From assembly GCA_031363785.1 (NCBI GenBank), contig JANLVB010000328.1, positions 1-61,433 on the forward strand: DNA of 61,433 nucleotides. The letters run 5' to 3'. This stretch comes from Betaproteobacteria bacterium. GTDB lineage: Bacteria > Pseudomonadota > Gammaproteobacteria > Burkholderiales > Burkholderiaceae_C. A program made the translations under genes and the position numbers. The notes under the pieces are model-generated. The model was not told the origin of the DNA and did not search any database. It was given only the letters and a program-made list of their open reading frames with translations. This document shows positions 7,467 through 16,770 of this stretch, one piece after another. Position 1 is the stretch's first letter. Each line of letters opens with the position of its first letter.

Positions 7467-9043
7467 GCAACTTCTCCTTCGAACAATCGGGTGCAGCCCA
7501 GCCGCGGCGCGGCCGCCAGCAGGGCCCGAGTGGCTGTGTGCTGTGGATGCCCGATAACCTGGGCGGTAGTGCCGGTTTCGACAATCCGGCCTGCCTCCAT
7601 CACAGCCACCCGATCAGCCACGGCGCGCACCACGGCAAGGTCGTGGCTGATGAACAGGCAGGCAACCCCGGTGTCTTGCTGTATGCCACGCAGCAACTCC
7701 AAAATCTGTGCGCGCACCTATACGTCGAGCGACGACACCGGCTCATCGAGCACCAGCAACGCCGGGCCGCTTGCCAGTGCACGTGCGATGTTGACACGCT
7801 GGCGCTGACCGCCCGACAGCTCGTGGGCACGGCGCTGCGCCAGGCTGGCGTCGAGGCCAACCCGCCGCAACAGGGCCACCACCGCGTCCTCGCCACAGGG
7901 CATGCGATGCAGGCGCAGCGGGTCGGCCAGCAAGCGCCCGATGCTGGCGCGCGGGTTGAGCGCACCCAGCGGGTCCTGGAACACCATCTGGAAGCGTCGG
8001 CGCGCCTGGCGCAGGGCCTCACCGCGCAGAGCCAGCAGGTCGGCTCCTGCGAAAGCGACGGCGCCAGAATCAGCTTCGATCAAGCGCATCACGATGCGCG
8101 CCAGTGTCGTCTTGCCGGAGCCTGAGCCGCCCACCAAAGCGAGCGTTTCGCCGGCCTGAATTTCAAGGCCAACGCCACGCAACACCCTGGTCGCGTTGGC
8201 GCCACGCCCCAGTGACTTGGTCAGTGCGCTGGCCGTGAGAAGGGGCGCCCCGGCTGGCACGGGCGCTCGCGTTGGCGCCGGGCGGTCGAGATCCAGCGAC
8301 GCAGCGATCAGGCTTTGTGTGTAAGCGTGCGCCGGCCGCTGCACGATGTCGTCCATGCTCGCGCTCTCCACCACCACCCCCTGGTGCATCACGATACCGT
8401 GGGTGGCGACGCCGCGTGCCAGCGCGATGTCGTGCGTAACCAGCAACAAGGCCATGCCGGTATCGCGCACCAGGCCATCAATCAGGGCCATGATCTGCCC
8501 CTGCACCACGGTGTCGAGCGCGGTCGTCGGTTCATCGGCGATGAGCAACTTCGGGCCGGCAGCGATGGCCATGGCAATTGCCACACGCTGGCGCTGGCCG
8601 CCCGACAACTGGTGCGGGTAGGCGCCCAGGCGGCGCGGCGCATCCGGTATGCCAACACGCTCCAGCAACTCGCACGCATGGGCCCATGCTGCCGCCTTGT
8701 CCTGTCCCAGATGTGTCATGCCGACTTCGGCTATCTGCTCACCAACCGTGAGCACTGGGTTCAGGCTGGACATCGGGTCCTGAAACACCACGCCGATGTC
8801 GCGGCCAAGCAGCGGTGGCACGTCCAGCGCCGGCCAGCGGATCAGGCCGCGCTGCCTGGCGTTGTCCGGCAACAAGCCGGCCACGGCCATCATGCTGACT
8901 GTCTTGCCAGAGCCGCTTTCGCCCAGCAGCGCCAGTCGAGCGCCATTGGCCAGAGAGAAGCTGGCCTCGCGCACTGCGGTGACGGTATGGCCGGCATCAA
9001 GGAAGTCAACCGCCAGCTGCTCCACCTGCAGCAACACGCTCAT
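7463..9043 (-). pseudogene. Fused dual-domain peptide/nickel ABC ATPase (DppD/F-like) with an in-frame TAG at 7718-7720
   Basis: Two Walker A motifs (GESGSGKT, GGSGSGKT), two LSGGQRQR; DEPVSSLDV*VRAQIL where the family reads LDVSVRAQIL. Confidence 0.8.
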
Positions 9044-9056
9044 GGCAAAGCATGCA

Positions 9057-9120
9057 TCAAAGTACCTTCGTGCTGCGCACTGCGGTGCGAGCCCCTTGGG
9101 AGCGGCCCGGCTGGGCTCAT
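9057..9120 (-). repeat. Junction repeat copy 2 (64 nt)
   Basis: ATGAGCCCAGCCGGGCCGCTCCCAAGGGGCTCGCACCGCAGTGCGCAGCACGAAGGTACTTTGA; in tandem with copy 1. Confidence 0.85.
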
Positions 9121-9182
9121 CAGGCATCCTCCGTGCTGCGCACTGCGGAATTCGCCCTTGGGAGCGGCCCGGCGGCGCTCAT
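9120..9182 (-). repeat. Junction repeat copy 1 (63 nt; 20-aa mini-ORF)
   Basis: ATGAGCGCCGCCGGGCCGCTCCCAAGGGCGAATTCCGCAGTGCGCAGCACGGAGGATGCCTGA. Confidence 0.85.
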
Positions 9183-10003
9183 GCCGCAGCCCGCTTCCCG
9201 GCCAACGCTTCGTTGATGCCTTCACCGATCAGGTTCACCGCCAACACCGTCAGGATGATGGCCGTGCCCGGGATGATGGAAAGGAACGGGGCCGTGCGCA
9301 ACACCGCGCGACCGTCGGCGATCATGCGACCCCAGGTGATGCGGTTCGGGTCACCCAGGCCCAGGAACGACAACGCCGCCTCCACCAGGATGGCAGCGGC
9401 GATCACCACCGTGGCCAATGTGATGACAGGCGGCAAGGCATTGGGCAACACTTCGCGAAAGGCGATCTCCAGCGGCCGCATGCCGAGCACCCGGTAGGCG
9501 TCCACAAAGTCGCGGCTGCGCAGGCTCAGGATCTCAGCCCGCACCAACCGCGCCGGGCCGGTCCAGGCACTCAGGCTGATCGCCAGCACAACGCTGGTAA
9601 GCGACGGCCCGAGCACACTGACCAACGCCAGCGCCAGGATGAAACCGGGCACGGCCTGGAATGCCTCGGTCAGCCGCATCAGGGCCTCGTCGGTGTAGCC
9701 ACCGACAAAGCCGGCCACCGTGCCCAGTGCCGTGCCAAGGCACAACGCACCAAAAGCCGCTGCGGCCGCAACCAGCAGCGTGGCACTGGCGCCGTGCAAC
9801 AAGCCGGCCAGCACATTGCGCCCGAGCCGGTCGGTTCCAAGCAGGAACTCCGGGTCCTGGAACGGCGCCAGCAGGGCCGGGCCGGCCATGGCCTGCGGGT
9901 CACCCGGTGACACCAGCGGCGCGAGCAGGGCGACGAGCACAATGGGCAGCAGCAGCAGCACTCCGACCAGACCCTCACGAGAATGAAAAAAGCGGCGCAG
10001 CAT
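9179..10003 (-). CDS. Peptide/nickel ABC permease (DppC/OppC-like)
   Basis: LLGTDRLGRNVL, EAA-like loop DFVDAYRVLG, EAALSFLGLG. Confidence 0.9.
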   Translation of the reverse strand: MLRRFFHSREGLVGVLLLLPIVLVALLAPLVSPGDPQAMAGPALLAPFQDPEFLLGTDRLGRNVLAGLLHGASATLLVAAAAAFGALCLGTALGTVAGFVGGYTDEALMRLTEAFQAVPGFILALALVSVLGPSLTSVVLAISLSAWTGPARLVRAEILSLRSRDFVDAYRVLGMRPLEIAFREVLPNALPPVITLATVVIAAAILVEAALSFLGLGDPNRITWGRMIADGRAVLRTAPFLSIIPGTAIILTVLAVNLIGEGINEALAGKRAAA

Positions 10004-10977
10004 CAGCCGCTCACCACCCGCGGATCGAGCCTGCCATAAAGCAGGTCCACCAGCAAATTGACCAAAATCACCAGTACCGTGCCGGCCAAGATGATGCCCA
10101 ACAACAGCGGCACGTCGCGCTGGGTCACCGCCTCGAAGGCCAGACGTCCCAAGCCAGGAATCGCGAACACACTCTCAATCACCACGCTGCCACCGAGCAT
10201 GGCACCGGCCTGCAGGCCCAGCATGGTGACTACCGGCAACAAGGCGTTGCGCGCCACATGGCGCCAGACGATGCGCTGGCGCCGCAGGCCCTTGGCCCGT
10301 GCCGTGCGCACAAAGTCGCTACGCCAGGCCTCCACCATGCCGGCCCGCATCAGCCGCAGATAAAGCGCCGTGTAGACCAGGCCCAGGGCACCAGCCGGTA
10401 ACACCAGATGCCAGGCGACATCCAGAATATGGGCCAGGCCCGCCATGGGCTCGCCGATGCTGGTGATGCCACCCAACGGGAACCAGCTCAGCTTGACCGC
10501 AAAGCCGACGATCAGCATCAGGCCCAGCCAGAAACTCGGTGCCGCGTACAGAGCCAGGGCCAGCACCGACAACAAGCGGTCACGCAAAGAGCGAGGGCGC
10601 GCGCCCGCAGCAACACCCAGCAGAGTACCGACCGAGAAAGAAAAGGCCACTGCGGCCGACATGAGCAACAGCGTATTGCCCAGCCGGTCCAGTACCACCT
10701 CGCGCACTGGACGGGTGAAGGCGACAGACCAGCCCAGATCGAATGACAACAGCGAGAGCAGGTAGGACAACAGGCGCGTGCCGAAGGACCGGTCCAAACC
10801 CCACTGCTGGCGCAACTGCGCTACCAGCCCGGCGTCGCCACCGCTGCCGGACAAGTAGGCGTCCACCGCATCACCCGGCGCCAATTCGAGCAAGCCATAA
10901 GATCCCACGGCCACAATCGCCAGCACCGGTCCCGCGTTGACCAGGCGGCGCGCTACAACCCGCCACACCGGACTCAT
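10003..10977 (-). CDS. Peptide/nickel ABC permease (DppB/OppB-like)
   Basis: LAPGD, WGLDR, DFVRTARAKGL, ESVFAIPGLG, LDPRV. Confidence 0.9.
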   Translation of the reverse strand: MSPVWRVVARRLVNAGPVLAIVAVGSYGLLELAPGDAVDAYLSGSGGDAGLVAQLRQQWGLDRSFGTRLLSYLLSLLSFDLGWSVAFTRPVREVVLDRLGNTLLLMSAAVAFSFSVGTLLGVAAGARPRSLRDRLLSVLALALYAAPSFWLGLMLIVGFAVKLSWFPLGGITSIGEPMAGLAHILDVAWHLVLPAGALGLVYTALYLRLMRAGMVEAWRSDFVRTARAKGLRRQRIVWRHVARNALLPVVTMLGLQAGAMLGGSVVIESVFAIPGLGRLAFEAVTQRDVPLLLGIILAGTVLVILVNLLVDLLYGRLDPRVVSG

Positions 10978-10993
10978 GCGGCCCTTCGGGTCA

Positions 10994-11056
10994 TCAAACC
11001 ACCCCCGTGCTGCACACCGCGGTGCGCTTCGCCTCGGGAGCGTGTGTGAGGCTCAC
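10994..11056 (-). repeat. Junction repeat copy 3 (63 nt, diverged; 20-aa mini-ORF)
   Basis: GTGAGCCTCACACACGCTCCCGAGGCGAAGCGCACCGCGGTGTGCAGCACGGGGGTGGTTTGA; shares GCTCCC.AGG and GCACCGC.GTG.GCAGCACG with copy 2. Confidence 0.75.
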
Positions 11057-12663
11057 GCCCCCAGCCAGGAGTCAGCCCAGTTCGAGGTCGCCCAGCGCGG
11101 GTTGTTGGCAACATTGTTCAGCTTGTCGCGAATCACCGAAATGAAGGTGAACTCGGCGACATGGATCAGCGGTTGGCTGTCGGCCACCTGGCGCTGAAAC
11201 TCGCGGTACAGCTGGGCCCGCGCCGGGCCGTCCAGCGTTTCCGATGCCTTGAGAATCGTGGCATTGACTGCGGCATCGTTGTAACCATACTGATTGGAGA
11301 ATGGAACACCCGCCGCCAGGCCACCCTGGTACAGGATGGTGGTGGAAATGGCCGGATCGTTGCGGTACACCGGTGAGCCGATCGCCAGGTCGAAGGCATG
11401 GTCGGTATAGATGGCCTTGGTGTGTCCGGCGGCGTCGTTGCTGACCAGCTCGGCATCGATGCCCACCACGCGCAGGGCCTGGCGCAGATAGTCCCCCATC
11501 TGGCGCGTCTGCTCAAACCATGGCGCAGGCAGCAGGCGCAGTTTGAAGCGCATGCCACCACCCTGGCGCGGATAACCGGCTTCGTCCAGCAAGGCGTTGG
11601 CCCGTGCCACGTCAAAACCGGGCTGCGCCGGCATCGCCGCATGAAACTGCTTGTCGAACTTCGGTACCGGGCCGAGCGCCACCGTGGCAAAACCGCGAAA
11701 GATGGTCTTGACGACGAATTCCTTGTCGATGGCGTGCGCGATGGCACGGCGCACACGCGCATCCGCCAGTTCCCGGCGCCGGTGGTTGATTTCAACCGTG
11801 AGCTGGTAGGTGATGCCTTCATAACCCTTGCTGATTACCTGCACACCCTTGATCTTCTCCAGCCGCGGCAGCTCGCTCAGCGGTATGGCCGAGAAAGCGG
11901 CAAGCTGGATCTGGTCAGCTTCGATGGCGGCGGCCACAGCGCCGGCGTCCGGCAACACGCGGTAGATGATGCCGTCCAGATAGGGCTTGTCCTTGTCCCA
12001 GTAGCTGGTGTTGCGAGCCAGGCGGTAAAACTCGCCCGGCTTGTGCTCGACAAAGCGAAATGGCCCGGTGCCGACCAGTTTGGTGTTCGCCGGGTTGCTT
12101 GCCAGGTCGCTGCCCTCGTAGAGGTGCTTCGGCACCACGGCTGTCACTGCCGGCAAGGCATTGCGGATGAGCTGGAACGGCGTTGGTTTGGCGAACCGGA
12201 ACACTGCCGTGCCTCCGTCCGGTGTGTCCACGGCTTCCAGGTCCTTGAACAACACGCGCCCGAGGTTCTGGGCTTTCTTCCAGACCTCCATGGCCGAATA
12301 GGCGACGTCGGCCGACGTGAACGGGCGGCCATCGTGCCACAACACGCCAGGGCGCAGCTTGAAACTGGCGCTGCGGCCGTCGGCGCTGCCACTCCATTCG
12401 GTGGCCAGGCGCGGTGCCAGACCATTGCCGTCATACGACATCTCGGCCAGCGGCTCAATGACCTTGCTGGCAACATAAAACACGCCATTGGAGGCCACCA
12501 TGGCCGGGTTCAGGTTGCGCGGCTCGGTATCGGCGGCAACGATCAGCGTGCCGCCGCGACGTGGCGCGGCCTGCGCCCATGCCGTCTGGGGCAGGACAGC
12601 GGCACCAGCGGTACCAAGGGCGGTGCCGAGCACGGCACGGCGGGACACGGTGTTCTGGCACAT
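11053..12663 (-). CDS. Family 5 ABC substrate-binding protein with Tat signal
   Basis: SRRAVL twin-arginine motif, RRGGTL, PRLATEW, LRPGVLWHDGRPFTSADV, VGTGPF. Confidence 0.9.
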   Translation of the reverse strand: MCQNTVSRRAVLGTALGTAGAAVLPQTAWAQAAPRRGGTLIVAADTEPRNLNPAMVASNGVFYVASKVIEPLAEMSYDGNGLAPRLATEWSGSADGRSASFKLRPGVLWHDGRPFTSADVAYSAMEVWKKAQNLGRVLFKDLEAVDTPDGGTAVFRFAKPTPFQLIRNALPAVTAVVPKHLYEGSDLASNPANTKLVGTGPFRFVEHKPGEFYRLARNTSYWDKDKPYLDGIIYRVLPDAGAVAAAIEADQIQLAAFSAIPLSELPRLEKIKGVQVISKGYEGITYQLTVEINHRRRELADARVRRAIAHAIDKEFVVKTIFRGFATVALGPVPKFDKQFHAAMPAQPGFDVARANALLDEAGYPRQGGGMRFKLRLLPAPWFEQTRQMGDYLRQALRVVGIDAELVSNDAAGHTKAIYTDHAFDLAIGSPVYRNDPAISTTILYQGGLAAGVPFSNQYGYNDAAVNATILKASETLDGPARAQLYREFQRQVADSQPLIHVAEFTFISVIRDKLNNVANNPRWATSNWADSWLGA

Positions 12664-12839
12664 GGGAATCTCCGCAAGTAAGTCACGGTCAGCATAGCAG
12701 AATGGCTCCAAAAACCGCGTAACGGTGGGTGCAAAACCACGACCAGCAGGGTGCCTGTCGGCCAGCTGGCGTGCGACCGGCGGCGCCTGCGCGCTGATCG
12801 GCGAAAATAGTCAAACCACCCCTGGCCCAGGACCACGAC

Positions 12840-14021
12840 ATGAATCTGTCACGCGGCACATCCCTGTTGCTCAATGTGGCGCATGCGCTGGACCATATGT
12901 TCCTGTTGATATTTGCCACGGCTGTGACAACCATCGCGATGGAATTCGGCTTTGCGCGCTGGGAAGACCTGATGCCGTACAGCGCCGGCGCCTTCCTGTT
13001 GTTCGGCCTCGGATCGGTGCCAGCCGGGCGGCTCGGGGACCTATGGGGCCGGCGCAGCATGATGGTGATTTTCTTCTTCGGCATGGGCGCTGCCGCGCTG
13101 CTGTGCGCCAGTGCACAAAATGCCTGGCAGATGGCCGCAGCACTGGCGCTGCTGGGCGCGTTCTCGTCCATTTACCACCCGGTGGGTATTCCGATGTTGC
13201 TGCAGCATGCCCGCAATCCGGGCGCAACCATCGGTGTGAACGGTCTGGCCGGCAACCTCGGCATCGCATTTGCCGCCATCCTGACCGGCTTGATGGTCAA
13301 GTATGCCGGCTGGCGCATGGCGTTTCTGGCGCCCGCCCTGTTGTCGTTCGTCTGTGGTCTGGTCTTCATGCGCATCACGCCGCCGGAGACCGAGTCACCG
13401 GCCAATCGCAAGAGCAAGGCCAGCGTCACGCTGTCGCCGCAAATGCTGGCACGCCTGTTCCTGGTGATGACGTTCGCCGCCATCTCCAGCAGCCTGTTGT
13501 TCAACTTCACTACCAATGGCAACACGCAGTTGCTGCGTGAGCGATTCGCCGGCTTGGTGGACGACCCGGCCGAGCTGGGCCTGATGCTGGCCGCGGTGTA
13601 CACGGTAGCCTCGTTTGCACAGGTGGTGGTGGGGCGCCTGATCGACCGTTACGCGCTCAAGCGGCTGTACCTGGGCGTCGTGTTGCTGCAGATTCCCATG
13701 TTTGTGCTCGCCGCACATGCCCAGGGTTGGACGCTGTTCTGGCTGCAGATCGGCTTCATGGTGACAATCTTCGGCGCTATTCCCTTCACCGACGCCATGA
13801 TCGTACGGTATGTCGATGACGCCATCCGCTCCCGCGTCACGGGCATGCGGCTGGCGGTGTCCTTCGGTATCAGTTCGCTGGCGGTGTATTCGCTCGGCCC
13901 GGCTGTCAAAGCGGCCGGCTTCGCCACGCTGTTGCTGGCCATGGCGGCCATCGCCTGTTGTACCGCGGCCTTCGTCCTGATGCTGCCGGGCGAACCCGCG
14001 GCCACACCCAAACCATCCTGA
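12840..14021 (+). CDS. MFS transporter
   Basis: 393 aa, multiple TM segments, GRLGDLWGRR motif A. Confidence 0.88.
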   Translation: MNLSRGTSLLLNVAHALDHMFLLIFATAVTTIAMEFGFARWEDLMPYSAGAFLLFGLGSVPAGRLGDLWGRRSMMVIFFFGMGAAALLCASAQNAWQMAAALALLGAFSSIYHPVGIPMLLQHARNPGATIGVNGLAGNLGIAFAAILTGLMVKYAGWRMAFLAPALLSFVCGLVFMRITPPETESPANRKSKASVTLSPQMLARLFLVMTFAAISSSLLFNFTTNGNTQLLRERFAGLVDDPAELGLMLAAVYTVASFAQVVVGRLIDRYALKRLYLGVVLLQIPMFVLAAHAQGWTLFWLQIGFMVTIFGAIPFTDAMIVRYVDDAIRSRVTGMRLAVSFGISSLAVYSLGPAVKAAGFATLLLAMAAIACCTAAFVLMLPGEPAATPKPS

Positions 14022-14041
14022 AACCAACCAACGGAGCCACC

Positions 14042-14230
14042 ATGCCCACCTACCACATCGAAATGTTCGAGGGCCGCAGCGTCGAACAAAAGAAAAAACT
14101 GGTGCAGGAAATCACCCGTGTCACGGTCGAGGTGCTGGGCGGCTCGCCCGACAGCATCGATATCCTGATCACCGAGGTCAAGCGCGAAAACTGGGCCACC
14201 GGCGGCAAGTTGTGGTCGGAACCCCGATAG
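14042..14230 (+). CDS. 4-oxalocrotonate tautomerase family protein
   Basis: MP start (catalytic Pro1), EGRSVEQKKKL, ENWATGG; 62 aa; GGAG SD. Confidence 0.92.
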   Translation: MPTYHIEMFEGRSVEQKKKLVQEITRVTVEVLGGSPDSIDILITEVKRENWATGGKLWSEPR

Positions 14231-14325
14231 CGCAGTTGCCCTGATTGAACGCCTCGAAGACCGACAACCGACCCATCTGCTGGTCTGCACCGGCAGCGCA
14301 AGGGCAGCGGCGATAATCACCCACC

Positions 14326-15144
14326 ATGTGCCAACTGCTTGGAATGAACAGTCGGCTGCCCGCCAGCCTGACTTTGAGCTTCACCGGGTTTTCGCAACGC
14401 GGCGGCTGCACCGACCACCACGCCGATGGCTGGGGCATGGCCTTTTTCGAGAGCGCGGGCACACAACCCGGCAAGGGCATCCGTTATTTTGTCGACAAGG
14501 AAAGCGCCGCCACCTCGCCCATTGCCCGGATGTTGCGCAGCTTCCCGATCAAGAGCCACAACGTGGTGGCGCATGTGCGCAAGGCCACGGTCGGCCAGGT
14601 CACACTGGAAAACAGCCACCCTTTTGTGCGGGAATTGTGGGGCCGCTACTGGGTCTTTGCCCACAACGGCGACCTGCAGGACTTCGCGCCGGTGCTGCAT
14701 GGCCACTTCAGGCCGGTCGGAGACACCGACAGCGAACTGGCATTTTGCTGGCTGTTGCAGGAGCTGGCCAAGTCGCACTCCGGTGTACCCAGCGTGCCCG
14801 AGCTGACCATCACCCTGGGCGAGCTGGTGCCGCAGATTGCACGCCACGGCACCTTCAATTTCCTGCTCAGCAACGGCCAGGCTTTGTGGACCCACGCCAG
14901 CACCAACCTGCATTACCTGGTGCGCCAGCACCCTTTTGCAGAAGTGCACCTGCGCGATGAAGATGTCAAGGTCGACCTGTCGGAGCTCAACGGCCCGGAC
15001 GACCGGCTGGCCATCGTCGTCACCGAGCCCCTCACCACCAACGAAGTCTGGACGCGGCTGTTGCCGGGCGAATTGGTGACCTTCGTCGACGGCAGTCCGC
15101 TTTCTGCACTTGCGGCCAGGTGCCTGCTGCCGGCGGCCAGATGA
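14326..15144 (+). CDS. Class II glutamine amidotransferase (YafJ-like)
   Basis: MCQLLGM N-terminal Cys, HADGWG, AHVRKAT, ENSHPF, FAHNG, GDTDSE. Confidence 0.9.
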   Translation: MCQLLGMNSRLPASLTLSFTGFSQRGGCTDHHADGWGMAFFESAGTQPGKGIRYFVDKESAATSPIARMLRSFPIKSHNVVAHVRKATVGQVTLENSHPFVRELWGRYWVFAHNGDLQDFAPVLHGHFRPVGDTDSELAFCWLLQELAKSHSGVPSVPELTITLGELVPQIARHGTFNFLLSNGQALWTHASTNLHYLVRQHPFAEVHLRDEDVKVDLSELNGPDDRLAIVVTEPLTTNEVWTRLLPGELVTFVDGSPLSALAARCLLPAAR

Positions 15145-15193
15145 ACCCGCTGCCGCCCAGCCGGGACACCGCTGGTCACCCGGAAAGATCTCC

Positions 15194-15769
15194 TCAGGGC
15201 TTGCAGCCCAGCGTACCCTTCTTGCTGTTCTCGTAGTAGGTCAGGTCACCCGGGCAGATGGGTTTCTTGTCTGGTGTGGCCGTGCCGGCCTTGGCGGTAC
15301 ACCCGTAGGCACCGGTCTTCTTCACCACCGACTTCGGATTGAGCTTCCATCCATCCGGACAACTTGGACCAGCCGCAGCTTTGGGCACTGAAGCGGCCGC
15401 CACGGGGGCTGGCAGCGGTGGTGGTGGCGCAACCACCTTGACCATGGCGCCGGCATTCTTGCCCACGCAGCCCAGGCTGCCGCCCACTTTTCCAGGGTCC
15501 GCCACCACATTGAAGTCTCCTGCCTTGGTGTAGACATGGGTGGTGACAAACGGCATTTCCCGGGCGTCGTTGATCTTGCGTTCGGTCACCGCGCCATCGC
15601 CCCAGCGCACGCGCAGTCCGCAATTGGGTGGAGTGGACGACTCCAGACCAACGGTGGCGGTGACGGTCTGCCCGACCTGCACCTGCGCCGCATCAAGCTT
15701 GATACTCTTGAGCGTCTGCGCCGACACACCGGTCGCGGCCAGCGTGAGCGCCATCAACCATGTCTTCAT
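15194..15769 (-). CDS. Secreted protein with PKD-like domain and Cys-rich C-terminus
   Basis: Signal peptide, WGDG...THVYTKAG PKD-like motif, Pro/Ala linker, CPDGW/CPGD; GGAG SD. Confidence 0.7.
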   Translation of the reverse strand: MKTWLMALTLAATGVSAQTLKSIKLDAAQVQVGQTVTATVGLESSTPPNCGLRVRWGDGAVTERKINDAREMPFVTTHVYTKAGDFNVVADPGKVGGSLGCVGKNAGAMVKVVAPPPPLPAPVAAASVPKAAAGPSCPDGWKLNPKSVVKKTGAYGCTAKAGTATPDKKPICPGDLTYYENSKKGTLGCKP

Positions 15770-15803
15770 CGTGTCTCCTTGTTTGAATGGGTGAACAAAC
15801 ATT

Positions 15804-16757
15804 CTAGAGCGCCGCTTCGAGTGCATCGACAAACATCGCCGCTACATCGAAGCCGGTCTGCTCGGTGATCTCCTGGAAACAGGTCGGGCTGGTGACGTTG
15901 ATCTCGGTCATATGGTGCCCGATCACATCCACGCCGACCAGCAGCAGCCCGCGTTGCGCCAGCACTGGCCCCAGAGCCTCGGCAATTTCACGGTCGCGGG
16001 CCGACAACGCTTGTGCCACACCCTTGCCGCCAGCCGCCAGGTTGCCGCGCACCTCGCCACCCTGCGGGATACGCGCCAGGCAAAATGGCACCGGCTTGCC
16101 ACCAATCAGCAACACCCGCTTGTCGCCTTGGGCTATTTGCGGCAGGAACTTCTGCACCATGACCGACTGTGCGCCCTGCGCGTTCAGGGTCTCGATGATG
16201 GCGCCCAGATTCAGGCCGTCATCGCGCACGCGGAAGATGCCCGTGCCGCCCATGCCGTCCAGCGGCTTGAGAATGATGTCGCGGTGCTCTGCGTGAAAGC
16301 TGCGGATACCGGCCGCGCTGCGCGTCACCAGAGTCGGGCCACAGAACTGCGCAAACTCCATGATCGCCAGTTTTTCCGGATGGTCACGCAGTGCCCGCGG
16401 CTTGTTGAAGACCCGCGCGCCTTCGCGTTCGGCCTGCTCCAGCAGGTGCGTCGCATAAAAATACTCGGAGTCGAACGGAGGGTCGCTGCGCATCACCACG
16501 GCAGAAAAATCCTTCAGCGCGCGGTGCGGCCGCTCGACCGCGCCATGTGTTGTTTCGAACCAGCGCGTTGCGTCGATGCCCAAGCGGATATCTCGCACAG
16601 CCGCCTGCACCGGCGTGCCACCGACCCAGTGCAGATCAACCGCTTCACAGGCCGACAACTGGTGGCCCCGTTTCTGCAGTTCACGCATCATCGCGAACGT
16701 GGTGTCCTTGTAAATCTTGAATGACTCAAGCGGGTCGGCGACGAAAAGTATATGCAT
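15804..16757 (-). CDS. gshB: Glutathione synthetase
   Basis: KDTTFAM, MRSDPPFD, KPLDGMGG, RGNLAAGG, EINVTSPTCFQEI. Confidence 0.96.
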   Translation of the reverse strand: MHILFVADPLESFKIYKDTTFAMMRELQKRGHQLSACEAVDLHWVGGTPVQAAVRDIRLGIDATRWFETTHGAVERPHRALKDFSAVVMRSDPPFDSEYFYATHLLEQAEREGARVFNKPRALRDHPEKLAIMEFAQFCGPTLVTRSAAGIRSFHAEHRDIILKPLDGMGGTGIFRVRDDGLNLGAIIETLNAQGAQSVMVQKFLPQIAQGDKRVLLIGGKPVPFCLARIPQGGEVRGNLAAGGKGVAQALSARDREIAEALGPVLAQRGLLLVGVDVIGHHMTEINVTSPTCFQEITEQTGFDVAAMFVDALEAAL

Positions 16758-16770
16758 GGGAGAAAACTGC

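Noticed and set aside
7718-7720. Programmed recoding (pyrrolysine or alternative code) of TAG
   Set aside because: TAG is used as a normal stop elsewhere (e.g. hpf, ptsN, exbB), the aligned residue is Ser, and no pyl genes are present.
9057-9182. CRISPR mini-array
   Set aside because: The units abut with no unique spacers, other copies are dispersed singly, and there are no cas genes.
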